From contig JAGWOI010000010.1 in the NCBI GenBank assembly GCA_028870995.1, positions 1,775-65,774 on the forward strand: DNA of 64,000 bases, written 5' to 3'. Source of the stretch: Candidatus Omnitrophota bacterium (GTDB lineage Bacteria > Omnitrophota > Gorgyraeia > Zapsychrales > Fredricksoniimonadaceae). Made by a program: the position numbers and the translations under genes. The notes below the pieces were generated by a model. That model saw nothing but the letters and a program-made list of their open reading frames with translations, had not been told where the DNA came from and did not search any database. Positions 38,347-48,369 of this stretch are shown here, piece after piece; the first letter of the stretch is position 1; the number at the start of each line of letters is the position of its first letter.

Positions 38347-39509
38347 ATAAATTCCCTTTTGCCGGACGGACCGATTGGTCCCAGGAGATCAACGCCCTGA
38401 ATAAAAAGCTCGAAGAACTCCAGGCTGCCCGCACGGCCGTCATGGATCTGACCGCCTCAAATCCAACCAGCTGCGGCTTTGTTTATCCGCGGGGGCTGCT
38501 GGAACCTTTAAGCTCTACCGAAAACTTTAATTACCAGCCCGACTCTTGCGGCCTTCTCCAGGCGCGCCAGGCCGTGAGCCGGTATTATGCCCCGCAGGCT
38601 TCCCTGCCGCCCGGCCAGATCATCCTGACAGCCAGCACCTCGGAAGCGTATTCATTTTTAATGCGGCTTCTGGTAAATCCCGGGGAAAAGGTCTTGATCC
38701 CCAGGCCCAGTTATCCTTTATTCCAGTTCCTGCTGGAGATCAACGATGTCCGTTTTGATCATTATCCGCTGGTGTATGACGGGCGCTGGCGGATGGACAT
38801 GGATGCCCTGGAAGGTCTAGTGGACAGCCATACCCGTGCCGTTATTTTGGTCAATCCCAACAACCCCACCGGTTCCTATATCAGCCGCGCCGAGTTAAAT
38901 ACCTTGAACAAGATTTGCCGTAAGCATCAATTGAGCATTATTTCCGACGAGGTTTTCTTTGAATACGCTTTTGAGGCGGCAGACGCGGCCGGCTGTGCGG
39001 GTAACCGGGAGGTGTTGACCTTTGTTTTGGGCGGGCTTTCCAAATCCTTAGGGCTGCCGCAAATGAAGTGCTCGTGGATTTTGGGTTCAGGGCCGCAGGA
39101 CCAGTTACAGCAGGCTCTCAGCCGTCTGGAAACCATTGCCGACACCTTCCTTTCCGTCAATACGCCGGTCCAAAATGCCTTGAGCGCCTGGTTGACCCAT
39201 GCTCCTGGCGTTCAGCAGCAGATTATTGCCAGGGTCAAAGAGAATCTCCAATGGCTGGCCGCCCATAAAGAGAAACATACCGAAATCCTTTCCCTGCAGG
39301 GGGGATGGTACGCCACCTTGCGTGTTCCCGCCGTCAAACCGGAAGAAGAGCTGGTATTGGAGCTTCTGGCCAAAGACCACGTGCTGGTCTATCCGGGATA
39401 TTTTTTTGATTTTTCGGGCGGGACGTATATTATCCTGAGTTTATTGCCTTCCCCGGAGGTCTTTCAAGAAGCCGCCGGCCGCATCCTACACCGGCTTCGT
39501 ACGTTCTAG
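38343..39509 (+). CDS. PLP-dependent aminotransferase, class I/II (AlaC/aspartate aminotransferase-like)
   Basis: 'VNPNNPTGS' and 'GLSKSLGLPQMKCSW' (PLP Lys region). ATGA overlap with the upstream gene. Confidence 0.8.
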   Translation: MNKFPFAGRTDWSQEINALNKKLEELQAARTAVMDLTASNPTSCGFVYPRGLLEPLSSTENFNYQPDSCGLLQARQAVSRYYAPQASLPPGQIILTASTSEAYSFLMRLLVNPGEKVLIPRPSYPLFQFLLEINDVRFDHYPLVYDGRWRMDMDALEGLVDSHTRAVILVNPNNPTGSYISRAELNTLNKICRKHQLSIISDEVFFEYAFEAADAAGCAGNREVLTFVLGGLSKSLGLPQMKCSWILGSGPQDQLQQALSRLETIADTFLSVNTPVQNALSAWLTHAPGVQQQIIARVKENLQWLAAHKEKHTEILSLQGGWYATLRVPAVKPEEELVLELLAKDHVLVYPGYFFDFSGGTYIILSLLPSPEVFQEAAGRILHRLRTF

Positions 39510-39558
39510 AAAGCCGAAAAACTTTTACAAAGACACGAAGAATTTGTTAAGATAAGCC

Positions 39559-40032
39559 ATGCCTAAGAGACCTGATTGGGATGAGTATTTTATGAAATTG
39601 GCGATGCTGGCTTCCGAGCGGGCCACCTGCCCGCGCATGCATTGCGGGGCCGTGCTCGTCAAAAATAAGAATGTCATCGCCACAGGCTATAACGGCTCCA
39701 TTCCCGGTGACGCCCATTGCGAGGATGCCGGCTGCTTGCTGGTGGACAACCATTGCGTCCGCACGGTCCACGCGGAGATGAACGCGATCGTCCAGGCCGC
39801 CAGGCGCGGCCACGCGGTGGAAGGAGCCACGGCCTACGTCACCAACATGCCTTGCACCACCTGCGCCAAGTCCTTGATAACCGCCGGCGTCCAACGGGTG
39901 GTTGTTTTTTCAGACTATCATGACACCATGGCGGTTGATTTCTTTGCCAAGGCCAAGGTCGTCATTGACCGCATCACCATGCCGGAGAAGTCGATCCATT
40001 ACGATCTGAAAAGCTATTCGTCCGCCAGATGA
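39559..40032 (+). CDS. dCMP deaminase (cytidine/deoxycytidylate deaminase family, ComEB-like)
   Basis: 'HAEMNAI' plus 'PCTTCAKSLITAGV' zinc ligands. Confidence 0.8.
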   Translation: MPKRPDWDEYFMKLAMLASERATCPRMHCGAVLVKNKNVIATGYNGSIPGDAHCEDAGCLLVDNHCVRTVHAEMNAIVQAARRGHAVEGATAYVTNMPCTTCAKSLITAGVQRVVVFSDYHDTMAVDFFAKAKVVIDRITMPEKSIHYDLKSYSSAR

Positions 40033-40427
40033 GCGCTCCCGTGATTAAAATTTTGATCGCTGATGATGAAGAGGCGGTCATCGAGATCCTGGCGCGTAAA
40101 ATTTCGGCCCAGGGCTATCATGTTATTACGGCCAAGGACGGCCAGGAGGCCTGGGACAAAATCAACAGTGAGATGCCCGATGTGATCGTCCTGGATCTGA
40201 CCATGCCTAAAATGGACGGGTGGGCGGTCTTAAGCCGGTTACGCCAGAATCCGCCGCTCAAGCGGTGGCAACCCGTGATCATCGTCTCAGCCCAGGCTGA
40301 ATTTGAAAATTACAGGAAGGGTTTCGACCTGCAGGCCGACCATTACTTGGCCAAACCTTGCCAGACCGAAGATATATTAAAATCCATTCGCCTGATGCTG
40401 TCCCTTGTTCCGCAACGTAATGTCTAA
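40029..40427 (+). CDS. Single-domain response regulator receiver
   Basis: 'ILIADDEEAVIEIL...VIVLDLTMPKMDG...K' receiver motifs. Confidence 0.75.
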   Translation: MSAPVIKILIADDEEAVIEILARKISAQGYHVITAKDGQEAWDKINSEMPDVIVLDLTMPKMDGWAVLSRLRQNPPLKRWQPVIIVSAQAEFENYRKGFDLQADHYLAKPCQTEDILKSIRLMLSLVPQRNV

Positions 40428-41244
40428 AGTCATGCTTTCTTTAATGGTGGACGTGTTGATGATCCTTGGTATTGCCTTGGGCGGTTTTATTGCCCTGGTG
40501 CGCCATATGGAATCTGCCGGCGTATTTTTTCCCAGCCGCCAACTGGCCGCCAACCCTTCGGCCTTAGGATTGCCATGGGAGGATGTTTATTTTAAGGCCA
40601 GGGGGCCGGTCTCGCTCAACGGCTGGTTTTTTAAAAACCCAAAAGCCCGCGCAACGCTCATTTTTGCCCATGGCAATGCGGGCAATATCGCTGACAGGTT
40701 ATCAAGAGTAAAATTTTTTTATGATTTGGGTTTAAGCGTGTTGATCTTTGATTACCGGGGCTACGGCAAAAGCGAAGGCAAGCCCTCGGAGAACGGTATT
40801 TATTGGGACGGACAGGCCGCGTATGATTACCTGCAGTCCCGCGGCGACGTGAATATGGACAAGATCATTCTTTACGGGGCCTCCTTGGGCGGGTGTGTGG
40901 CCATCGATCTGGCCCTCAAAAGAAAGGCGGCTTTGCTCATTGTGGAGTCGTCCTTCACCAGCGCCAGGGACATGGCCAGGGTGCATTATCCCTTCATCCC
41001 TTCCATTTTTATCGGTCTTAAATTCAATTCAGTGGATAAGGTCAGGCATTTGGAGGTCCCCAAGTTATTTTTCCACAGCCCCCAAGATGAGATCGTGCCC
41101 TACAGCGTGGGCGAGAAGCTTTTCAGGGCTGCTGCCCAACCGAAGCAATTTTTAAAAATAGAGGGAGGGCATAACAGCGGCTGCCTTTCCCCCCAGGCGA
41201 TCGGGGAATTCGTGCGCCTGTTAAAACTCAAGGAACTGGTATGA
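40405..41244 (+). CDS. Alpha/beta-fold hydrolase (membrane-anchored)
   Basis: N-terminal TM. 'FAHGNAGN' oxyanion region, 'YGASLGG' nucleophile elbow, 'HNSG' C-terminal His. Confidence 0.7.
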   Translation: MFRNVMSKVMLSLMVDVLMILGIALGGFIALVRHMESAGVFFPSRQLAANPSALGLPWEDVYFKARGPVSLNGWFFKNPKARATLIFAHGNAGNIADRLSRVKFFYDLGLSVLIFDYRGYGKSEGKPSENGIYWDGQAAYDYLQSRGDVNMDKIILYGASLGGCVAIDLALKRKAALLIVESSFTSARDMARVHYPFIPSIFIGLKFNSVDKVRHLEVPKLFFHSPQDEIVPYSVGEKLFRAAAQPKQFLKIEGGHNSGCLSPQAIGEFVRLLKLKELV

Positions 41245-42416
41245 AACTCCTCAAAAGAGACAAGACTTTCGTTATCGACAGCGACGGCAAGCGGGTGCAC
41301 TTAAGAGGCGTCAATTTCGGCGGATGGCTGATGATGGAAGCTTATTTCATGTACTCGCCTAACTGGCCGCAGCAAGTCTTTGAGAAGGAATTTGTCCGGC
41401 GGCACGGGGCCAGGGCCCTGGAGACGCTTGTGAAAAGCTTCAGGGACAATTTTATAGCCGAGGCCGACGTCAAGCAGGTGGCCTCCTGGGGGATGAACAG
41501 CATCCGCCTGCCGTTTCATTATAAGGTGGCCGAGGACAAGAAGGCCATTTCTTATATCGATCAGGCCGTTGCCTGGGCGCGCAAACACCAGGTCTATTTG
41601 ATCCTCGATTTGCACGCGGCTTATGGCGCCCAAAACCATGATTGGCATTCCGACAGCCTGGGACCCGCGGAATTGTGGACCAAGAAATCCAACCGCCACA
41701 AGACTTACTCATTATGGGAAATGCTGGCCGACCGTTACAAGGACGAAGCTGTTATCGCCGGGTATGATCTGCTCAATGAAGCTGTGCTGGAGAGCGCCGG
41801 TTTGCTCAATGAATTTTATCACCAATTGATCAAGGCCATCCGCCGCTGCGACAAAAATCATATGCTTTTTATCGAAGGCAAGCACTGGGCCCAGCAGATC
41901 GATGTGCTGGATGATTTTCCGGACGACAACTGGATCTACAGCATCCATTTTTACGAACCCATTGAATTTACCTTCAATTACGTGCCGTTTTTGACCTATC
42001 CATGGAAAGGCTATGACAAAGACGTTATCCGCCGGCGCATGGAGGGGTATTTCCGTCTCGCCCAAAAAATGCAACGGCCGGTGCATGTCGGCGAGTTCGG
42101 CGTCAATTACCGCCAGGGTTTCTACAATGAACATCTTTATCTAAGGGACGAACTTAAAGCATTTAATGACCTTGGCTTCCACTGGAATTACTGGACCTAC
42201 AAAGCCGTCAAGAACTACCTTCATCCCGACGGCATTTTCGGATACTACCCCAACAGCCCCTGGGTGAACAGACCGGCGGTAAAGCCGGGCTGGCATACGT
42301 GGGCCGATTGCTGGCCTAAATACAAGAATGAAATGGCCGCTTCCTGGCAGACCAGGGCCTTCAATCTGAACAACGAAGTGGCCAAGCAGCTTCAACAAGC
42401 GGCGAAAGCTTCTTAA
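41241..42416 (+). CDS. Glycoside hydrolase family 5 (cellulase/mannanase-like)
   Basis: 'VHLRGVNFGGWLMMEAY', acid/base 'LLNEA', nucleophile 'VHVGEFG'. Confidence 0.8.
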   Translation: MKLLKRDKTFVIDSDGKRVHLRGVNFGGWLMMEAYFMYSPNWPQQVFEKEFVRRHGARALETLVKSFRDNFIAEADVKQVASWGMNSIRLPFHYKVAEDKKAISYIDQAVAWARKHQVYLILDLHAAYGAQNHDWHSDSLGPAELWTKKSNRHKTYSLWEMLADRYKDEAVIAGYDLLNEAVLESAGLLNEFYHQLIKAIRRCDKNHMLFIEGKHWAQQIDVLDDFPDDNWIYSIHFYEPIEFTFNYVPFLTYPWKGYDKDVIRRRMEGYFRLAQKMQRPVHVGEFGVNYRQGFYNEHLYLRDELKAFNDLGFHWNYWTYKAVKNYLHPDGIFGYYPNSPWVNRPAVKPGWHTWADCWPKYKNEMAASWQTRAFNLNNEVAKQLQQAAKAS

Positions 42417-42549
42417 AGAAACCGCTTTTTAAATCCCCAAATGAGTTGCCTAAGATTTTGGTTTGTTGTAACATAGCAACAGTTAAGCCAAGGCCCACAG
42501 GCTCATTTTCATCCGGGTCTCTAATCCAACTATCTTTAAGGAGGGGAGT

Positions 42550-43077
42550 ATGAAGAAACTTGTGGCCTCAATGCTTGTTGTCGCGTTCTTTGCGACAGGT
42601 TGTACAGGTTCTTTTTCATTGACACACAAACTTTATAGCTGGCACCGTTCCCAATCCGATAAATGGTCCGACGAGTTATGCTTCCTGCTTGTCTCCATAA
42701 CGCCTGTGTACAGCCTGGCGATTTTTGCGGATGCCATCATTTTCAACTCCATCGAATTCTGGACAGGCAAAAACCCGGTGGATACCGCTTCCAATACGCC
42801 TTCCACCCGCATGGTTCAAAACGGCAAGCAGAAGCTCATGATGAGCTATAATGCCAAGACGGATCAGGTCAAGGTGGCCATGGCCGGCAATCACGGGATC
42901 ATTTTCCAACGCACCCCGGCAGGCATTTTGGCTAAGAACGATAAAGGCCAGGTCCTTTATTCTTCAATCCAGAATGAAAACGGCGACGTATCGGTTTATG
43001 ACGGCCAGGGCAAGCTGGTCAAGAATTATCCGGCCGGGCAGATCGCCCTGTTGAAGGAAAAATATATTCAACAATAA
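42550..43077 (+). CDS. Lipoprotein, DUF3332-like (hypothetical)
   Basis: Lipobox 'FFATGC'. 'FSLTHKLYSWH' motif. Confidence 0.5.
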   Translation: MKKLVASMLVVAFFATGCTGSFSLTHKLYSWHRSQSDKWSDELCFLLVSITPVYSLAIFADAIIFNSIEFWTGKNPVDTASNTPSTRMVQNGKQKLMMSYNAKTDQVKVAMAGNHGIIFQRTPAGILAKNDKGQVLYSSIQNENGDVSVYDGQGKLVKNYPAGQIALLKEKYIQQ

Positions 43078-43142
43078 ATGATCAATCGTCTTTTTTCATA
43101 GGAAAGGGCAGATAGTCATTGGCTATCTGCCCTTTTTTTAAT

Positions 43143-44108
43143 ATGAAAAAATGGATACCCTTGTTGCGGTTTCTGGCTGTTTCCATGGTTGTGGTGTTCA
43201 TTCTGTCTGAGGCCAAAGATTTCCTCATTAAGACCTCCGTCGATATAGCTTCCCCCAAAATCATCGGAGCCAAGGTCGAAATCGGGTCCCTTTCAGTGGG
43301 GCTCCTGAGCCACAAGATCATTATCAAGAATTTCCGGATGTATAATCCGCCCGGATTTCCCAAGCAGGTTTTTCTGGTGATGCCTGAAGTGATGGTGGAT
43401 GTTGATGTGCCCCAGTTGCTTAAGGGTAAAATGCATTTTCCCTATGTGGTTTTCAACATGGATAAGGTCATCATCATCAAGAATAAGGAAAGAAAGCTTA
43501 ATGTCGACTCCTTAAAGATCGTCGAAGAGCAGCAGGCGGCCAACAAGGGGAAGCCCATGAAATTGCCTGTTTTTAAAATAGATACACTTGACCTTAATTT
43601 GGGCAAGGTGATTGTGGAAGATTATACCCATGCGCCGCCTGTGCGCGTTTCGGGTTATGATGTGGGCGTTAAAAACCTTAAGATCCGCAACATCAACGGC
43701 ATTCCCAAATTAGTGACGATCGTCCTGGTGGAGGCCATGAAACCCACTGCCCTGCGCAGCGCCGGTCTCTATGCGGCAACGGCCGTGCTGGGGGTCGGCT
43801 TCTTTCCGGCTGTGGCCATCGGCCTTGCCGTGGCCAAGGACACTGCCGACGCCGATTTGAACACGTCTTCATCCAGGGTGCACCGGGAGTGTTTAAGACT
43901 GATCGCGGACCTCAAAGGCACTGTCAAAAAAACTGACGAAGGCAAGGGCGAAATTTGGGCCAAGGTGTATAATTGCGATATCACCTTCACGATCCAGTCC
44001 AAGGGCTGGGAAAGGTGCCATATCAAGATCAAAGCCAGGCAGTTCATGCTGCCCAAATTAGAGACGGCCAACGGGTTGTTGTATCAATTGACGGAAAGAT
44101 TGAAATAA
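43143..44108 (+). CDS. Hypothetical membrane protein with AsmA-like N-terminal region
   Basis: N-terminal TM. 'IGAKVEIGSLSVGLLSHKIIIKNFRMYNPPGFP' resembles the AsmA/YhdP N-terminus. A second hydrophobic segment lies near residue 230. Weak. Confidence 0.4.
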   Translation: MKKWIPLLRFLAVSMVVVFILSEAKDFLIKTSVDIASPKIIGAKVEIGSLSVGLLSHKIIIKNFRMYNPPGFPKQVFLVMPEVMVDVDVPQLLKGKMHFPYVVFNMDKVIIIKNKERKLNVDSLKIVEEQQAANKGKPMKLPVFKIDTLDLNLGKVIVEDYTHAPPVRVSGYDVGVKNLKIRNINGIPKLVTIVLVEAMKPTALRSAGLYAATAVLGVGFFPAVAIGLAVAKDTADADLNTSSSRVHRECLRLIADLKGTVKKTDEGKGEIWAKVYNCDITFTIQSKGWERCHIKIKARQFMLPKLETANGLLYQLTERLK

Positions 44109-44927
44109 GTGGTAAGACTTGGGGCCTGCAGTAAAATTTTTATTTCTTTTTTATTATTTTCATTCGTCTATACGGCTTGCGCAAAGCAACTCAGCTCTCA
44201 AGAACAGCAGGCCCTTTCTTTCTTGCGCCGGAACATGTCGCCCGGCGACGCAAAGACCTTAAAAGATGATTTCCTGATGCAGGACATCCGCCTGGCGTAT
44301 CAGGCCGTCAAGGAAGTTCCCTGGGGCAAGAGCATCCCTCAGGATATTTTTTTAAACAATGTTTTGCCTTACGCTTCTCTCAACGAACGCAGGGATGACT
44401 GGCGCCGGGATTTCCACCGGCGGTTCATCCGTATAGCTGTTAAAGCCGGGACCATTGACCGGGCCGTGCTCATTTTGAATAAATATGTCTTCGAGACCCT
44501 GCACGTTTCCTACAATATAAACAAGCGTCCCAAACCGGACCAGAGTCCTTATGAATCCATGCAGGCGCATTATGCCTCCTGCACCGGGCTTTCCATTTTG
44601 CTGACCGATGCCCTGCGTTCCGTCGGTATTCCGGCCAGGATCGCGGCTGTACCCATGTGGCCAGACAACAGCGGCAATCACACCTGGGTGGAGATATGGG
44701 ACGGCCGGTGGCATTATGTGGGTGCCGGCGAATCAAGTTCCTTGGACCAGGCGTGGTTTACCCGGAAAGCTTCCCACATGGACCGCCGTCACCGCATTTA
44801 TGCTGCAAGTTTTAAAAGAACCAATCTGATCTTCCCCATGCGCTGGGCCCCTGATCTCAATTTCGTTTCCGCCGTTGACGTGACTAAAAATTACCAAATG
44901 GATAGGCAAAGCAAAAATAGAAGATAA
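44109..44927 (+). CDS. Transglutaminase-like cysteine protease superfamily protein (secreted)
   Basis: Signal peptide. 'YASCTGLSILLTDALRSVGIPARI' is the catalytic Cys region. 'HTWVEIWDG' His and a downstream Asp follow. GTG start. Confidence 0.6.
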   Translation: MVRLGACSKIFISFLLFSFVYTACAKQLSSQEQQALSFLRRNMSPGDAKTLKDDFLMQDIRLAYQAVKEVPWGKSIPQDIFLNNVLPYASLNERRDDWRRDFHRRFIRIAVKAGTIDRAVLILNKYVFETLHVSYNINKRPKPDQSPYESMQAHYASCTGLSILLTDALRSVGIPARIAAVPMWPDNSGNHTWVEIWDGRWHYVGAGESSSLDQAWFTRKASHMDRRHRIYAASFKRTNLIFPMRWAPDLNFVSAVDVTKNYQMDRQSKNRR

Positions 44928-45068
44928 AATTGTCCTATGGACCTCCCGGGGGTCAATTTATTATTATCCTCATCTTGTTAGCCTCTTGATTATCTTTGCC
45001 CAAAGTTCGGCGGTATCCCCGTTTATTTACACGTTATTTTAGGTTTTTTCTCTCAAGAGAGGTGAAAG

Positions 45069-45097
45069 TTGACTTTTGTTCATATAATGATACACTA
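45069..45097 (+). promoter_or_regulatory. Sigma70-like promoter upstream of the Fur-family regulator (TTGACT ... TACACT / TATAAT)
   Basis: TTGACT at 45069-45074. TATAAT at 45083-45088 has a suboptimal spacer. An alternative TACACT lies 16 nt downstream of the -35. Confidence 0.4.
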
Positions 45098-45103
45098 TCT
45101 CAT

Positions 45104-45574
45104 ATGAGTAGGTTCGATTCAAGGTCGACTTCTAAAATAGACCAGGAGAGGGGCAGGTTTTTAAAGCATTTGGCCAGGACAGGCCTTAGAGTAAGCCGTG
45201 GCCGTGAGCTTATCTTTAATGAGGTTATGCAAATCCATGGGCATTTTACGGCTGAGCAGTTAACAAAGAAATGCCAAAAGAAAAACCTTAAGGTTTCAAG
45301 GCCAACGGTTTTTCGCATCCTTCATGATTTGTTGGCAGCCGGTGTCATCCGTGAGACTGCTTTTGGGGATAAGCACCGTCATTTTGAACATGTATATGAT
45401 GAAAAACCGCATCACCATGCTTTTTGTATTTACTGTCATGGTTTTATTGAGTTCCCGGACATGAAGGAAGATATGGTTTATCATTCCATTATTGAGAAGA
45501 AAGGCTTTAAGATTTTGGGCCACGAGATGCATTTTTACGGTATGTGCAGAAAATGCCAGGAAAAGGCAGCATAA
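45104..45574 (+). CDS. Fur-family metalloregulator (Fur/Mur/Zur-like)
   Basis: 'FTAEQLTKKCQKKNLKVSRPTVFRILHDLLAAGVI' winged helix. 'HHHAFCIYCHG...HEMHFYGMCRKCQ' metal-binding His/Cys clusters. Confidence 0.75.
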   Translation: MSRFDSRSTSKIDQERGRFLKHLARTGLRVSRGRELIFNEVMQIHGHFTAEQLTKKCQKKNLKVSRPTVFRILHDLLAAGVIRETAFGDKHRHFEHVYDEKPHHHAFCIYCHGFIEFPDMKEDMVYHSIIEKKGFKILGHEMHFYGMCRKCQEKAA

Positions 45575-45633
45575 ATTTTTTTGGATTTCAAATGATACAG
45601 TATATCAAACATTGGTTGGCAAGGAGAGGCGCG

Positions 45634-47058
45634 ATGGAAACGTGTGGCTCTAAATCAGCACAAAACGATGTCGAGGGTTCGGTTTCACGCGCCGGTGCGA
45701 TGTCTCTGGAAGGGATGCACAGTAGTGTTGAAGTGCCGTTGTCTCACGCCGGATTCTGGAAGCAGATGGCAGCTTACTTTGGCCCTGCAATTTTGGTGAG
45801 TGTGGCCTATATGGATCCCGGCAACTGGGGGACGGATTTGCAAGGTGGTGCGCAATTCAAATATGGATTGCTTTGGGTGGTGGCCGTAGCGAGCCTCATG
45901 GCCATTTTTCTTCAAGTCATTGCCACGCGGCTTGGGATTGCAACCGGACGGGACTTGGCTCAATGTTTATATGAATGGTACCCCAAGTGGACACGTTGGC
46001 CAAACTGGTTTATGGCTGAAATTGCCATCATAGCCTGCGATTTAGCCGAAGTCCTGGGGGGCGCCGTGGCGTTGAATATGTTGTTTCATATTCCTATTTT
46101 TTGGGGTGTTATCATTACCGGTGTCGACGTCTTGCTACTTCTGGCATTGCAACGGTTCGGCATGCGTACTATTGAAACCGTAGTTTTGCTGCTGGTGGCA
46201 ACTATTGGCATTTGCTATTTTATTGAAATTTTCGTTCTGCCGCAGACGCGCCCTGATTTTCAGGAAATGGGCCGGGCTATCATCGTGCCCGCTCTGGCTT
46301 CGCCCAGTATGGTTTATATAGCTATCGGCATTATCGGAGCCACAGTCATGCCGCATGTCCTGTATTTGCATCCCGCTCTGGTGCAGAGCCGTAAGTTTCA
46401 GAAGGATGGTGAATCTATCCGAAGGGCAATCCGATTCAATGCCATTGATACCAGCGTCAATCTGTCGGTGGCTTTTGTCATCAATGCCGCCATTTTGGTT
46501 CTTGCTGCGATTGTTTTTTACGGTAAAACCAGCGTTACGGTTGCCGGCGGACAGGTAGTGCACTTCAATGCTTCGACAGATTGGATTCAGGCCGCCAACC
46601 TGACGTTGGCCCCATTGATGGGTACATCTGCCGCGAGCATATTTTTTGCTGTAGCGCTTCTTGCCAGCGGGCAAAGTGCTACAATAGTAGGTACATTGGC
46701 GGGCCAGGTGGTCATGGAAGGGTTCATGCGGTGGAAGATTGCACCCTGGTTACGGCGTCTTATTACGCGTTCGTTGGCTATCATCCCAACAGCTATTTTT
46801 GTTGGTGTCCGCGGGGCTAACAATGTCAACGACCTCATAGTTTTAAGTCAAGTGGTTTTAGCGCTACAACTTCCGTTTGCCATGTTTCCTTTATTGCACC
46901 TTGCCGGTTCCCGTAAACGGATGGGAAAATGGCGGCCCAGCTGGTTTTTGCTTACCGCAGGATGGGGGTCAGCGCTAATTATAACGGCCTTTGACTTCTA
47001 CGGTTTGCCTGATGCTTTGAAGCAGGCCTGGGGCGTCATCACAGGTGCTGGCGGATAG
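45634..47058 (+). CDS. mntH: NRAMP-family divalent metal (Mn2+/Fe2+) transporter MntH
   Basis: 'GPAILVSVAYMDPGNWGTDLQGGAQFKYGLLWVV' is the canonical NRAMP DPGN motif. 'GQSATIVGTLAGQVVMEGF' is TM6. RBS AAGGAGAGG upstream. Confidence 0.85.
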   Translation: METCGSKSAQNDVEGSVSRAGAMSLEGMHSSVEVPLSHAGFWKQMAAYFGPAILVSVAYMDPGNWGTDLQGGAQFKYGLLWVVAVASLMAIFLQVIATRLGIATGRDLAQCLYEWYPKWTRWPNWFMAEIAIIACDLAEVLGGAVALNMLFHIPIFWGVIITGVDVLLLLALQRFGMRTIETVVLLLVATIGICYFIEIFVLPQTRPDFQEMGRAIIVPALASPSMVYIAIGIIGATVMPHVLYLHPALVQSRKFQKDGESIRRAIRFNAIDTSVNLSVAFVINAAILVLAAIVFYGKTSVTVAGGQVVHFNASTDWIQAANLTLAPLMGTSAASIFFAVALLASGQSATIVGTLAGQVVMEGFMRWKIAPWLRRLITRSLAIIPTAIFVGVRGANNVNDLIVLSQVVLALQLPFAMFPLLHLAGSRKRMGKWRPSWFLLTAGWGSALIITAFDFYGLPDALKQAWGVITGAGG

Positions 47059-47079
47059 ACAAGAAAAAAACAAAAAGAG

Positions 47080-47502
47080 ATGTATAAAAAAATTCTTGTA
47101 ACGTTAGATGGCACCTCAACCGATCGAGCCATCATCGAACACATCAAGCAGCTTGCGAAGTTTATGCAAGCCCAAATATTATTACTGCATGTGGCTGATG
47201 GTTGGGCCGCGCGTACTTTCGGTCCGGATGCCGTCAGCACTGAAATAACTGAAGATACCGAGTATTTGAACAAAGTTCAGATGGAGTTTCAATCTGCCGG
47301 TATTTCTGCCGAGACACAGCTGGCTTATGGCGAACCTTCCAAGGAAATCATCCGGTGTCTTGAACAAAAAGATTGTGATCTGGTGGCGATGAGCACGCAC
47401 GGGCACGGGCCATTGAAAGATTGGATCTTAGGCAGTGTGGCGGATGAGTTAAGACACCGGACCAGTGTTCCTATTTTAATGATCCGGGCATCTCATGATT
47501 AA
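47080..47502 (+). CDS. Universal stress protein (UspA family)
   Basis: 'KKILVTLDGTSTDRAI', 'DLVAMSTHGHGPLKDWILGSVADEL' ATP-binding motif. Confidence 0.8.
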   Translation: MYKKILVTLDGTSTDRAIIEHIKQLAKFMQAQILLLHVADGWAARTFGPDAVSTEITEDTEYLNKVQMEFQSAGISAETQLAYGEPSKEIIRCLEQKDCDLVAMSTHGHGPLKDWILGSVADELRHRTSVPILMIRASHD

Positions 47503-47562
47503 ACAGAGATGCACTTAACCTGGCTTTGCCCCAGGTCTCTGTCACAGATGCGTTTCTAATTT

Positions 47563-48336
47563 ATGAGTTCATTCAATGACTATTTAGCCGGCGGCCACGC
47601 CTGGAGTTTTGTCCCCGTGGCTGTTATTTTGGGGATCCTTCACGGCCTGGAGCCGGGTCACAGCAAGACCATGATGACGGCCTTTATCGTGGCCATCCGC
47701 GGCACGGTGGGCCAGGCCTTCCTGTTGGGTTTGTCGGCGACCATTTCCCATACCGCGATTATCTGGGTGCTGGCCTTCGTTGGTTTGCATTATTCTTCCG
47801 TTGTCAATGTGGAAGGGATGGAACCTTACTTTAAATTAGCCACAGGCCTCATCGTTATCGGTCTTGCCGGCTGGATATTTTACCGGACAAGACAGGCCCG
47901 GTTGGAGGCGCATCACCATGAACACGAAGACCATGACCATGATGATCATTTGGAGTTTGGTGACGCGCATGAGCGCCAACATGCCAGGGAACTGGAAAAG
48001 CACCTGGAAAACGGGCATGTCACCACAAGCCAGATCATCCTGTTCGGCCTGACGGGCGGATTGCTGCCGTGCCCGTCGGCATTTGCCGTGCTGCTGTTAT
48101 GCCTGCAACTGAAGAGATTCACGCTGGGCTTTGCCCTGGTTCTGGCCTTCAGCATCGGTCTGGCCGTCACGCTTGTCGGAGTTGGGGTCATTGCTGCCGT
48201 ATCCGTGAAGCATGTCAGCCGCAAGTTTGCCGGATTCGCAGAATGGGCCCGCCTAGCGCCCTACATCAGTTCAGCCGTCCTGGCGCTGGTGGGGCTCTTG
48301 GTGGTCTTGCAGGGATTGGGAGGAATTTCGCGTTGA
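47563..48336 (+). CDS. NicO/RcnA-family nickel/cobalt transporter with His-rich loop
   Basis: 'GLEPGHSKTMMTAFIVAIRGT' signature. Central 'HHHEHEDHDHDDHLEFGDAHERQH' loop. Confidence 0.7.
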   Translation: MSSFNDYLAGGHAWSFVPVAVILGILHGLEPGHSKTMMTAFIVAIRGTVGQAFLLGLSATISHTAIIWVLAFVGLHYSSVVNVEGMEPYFKLATGLIVIGLAGWIFYRTRQARLEAHHHEHEDHDHDDHLEFGDAHERQHARELEKHLENGHVTTSQIILFGLTGGLLPCPSAFAVLLLCLQLKRFTLGFALVLAFSIGLAVTLVGVGVIAAVSVKHVSRKFAGFAEWARLAPYISSAVLALVGLLVVLQGLGGISR

Positions 48337-48369
48337 CAAGGGCCTTAAATTTCGGTATTCTACTCCTTC

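Noticed and set aside
47503-47562. Possible NiCo/czcD-type riboswitch upstream of the NicO-family transporter
   Set aside because: The intergenic region is only 60 nt. It holds one short hairpin without a T-tract and is too short for the known riboswitch.
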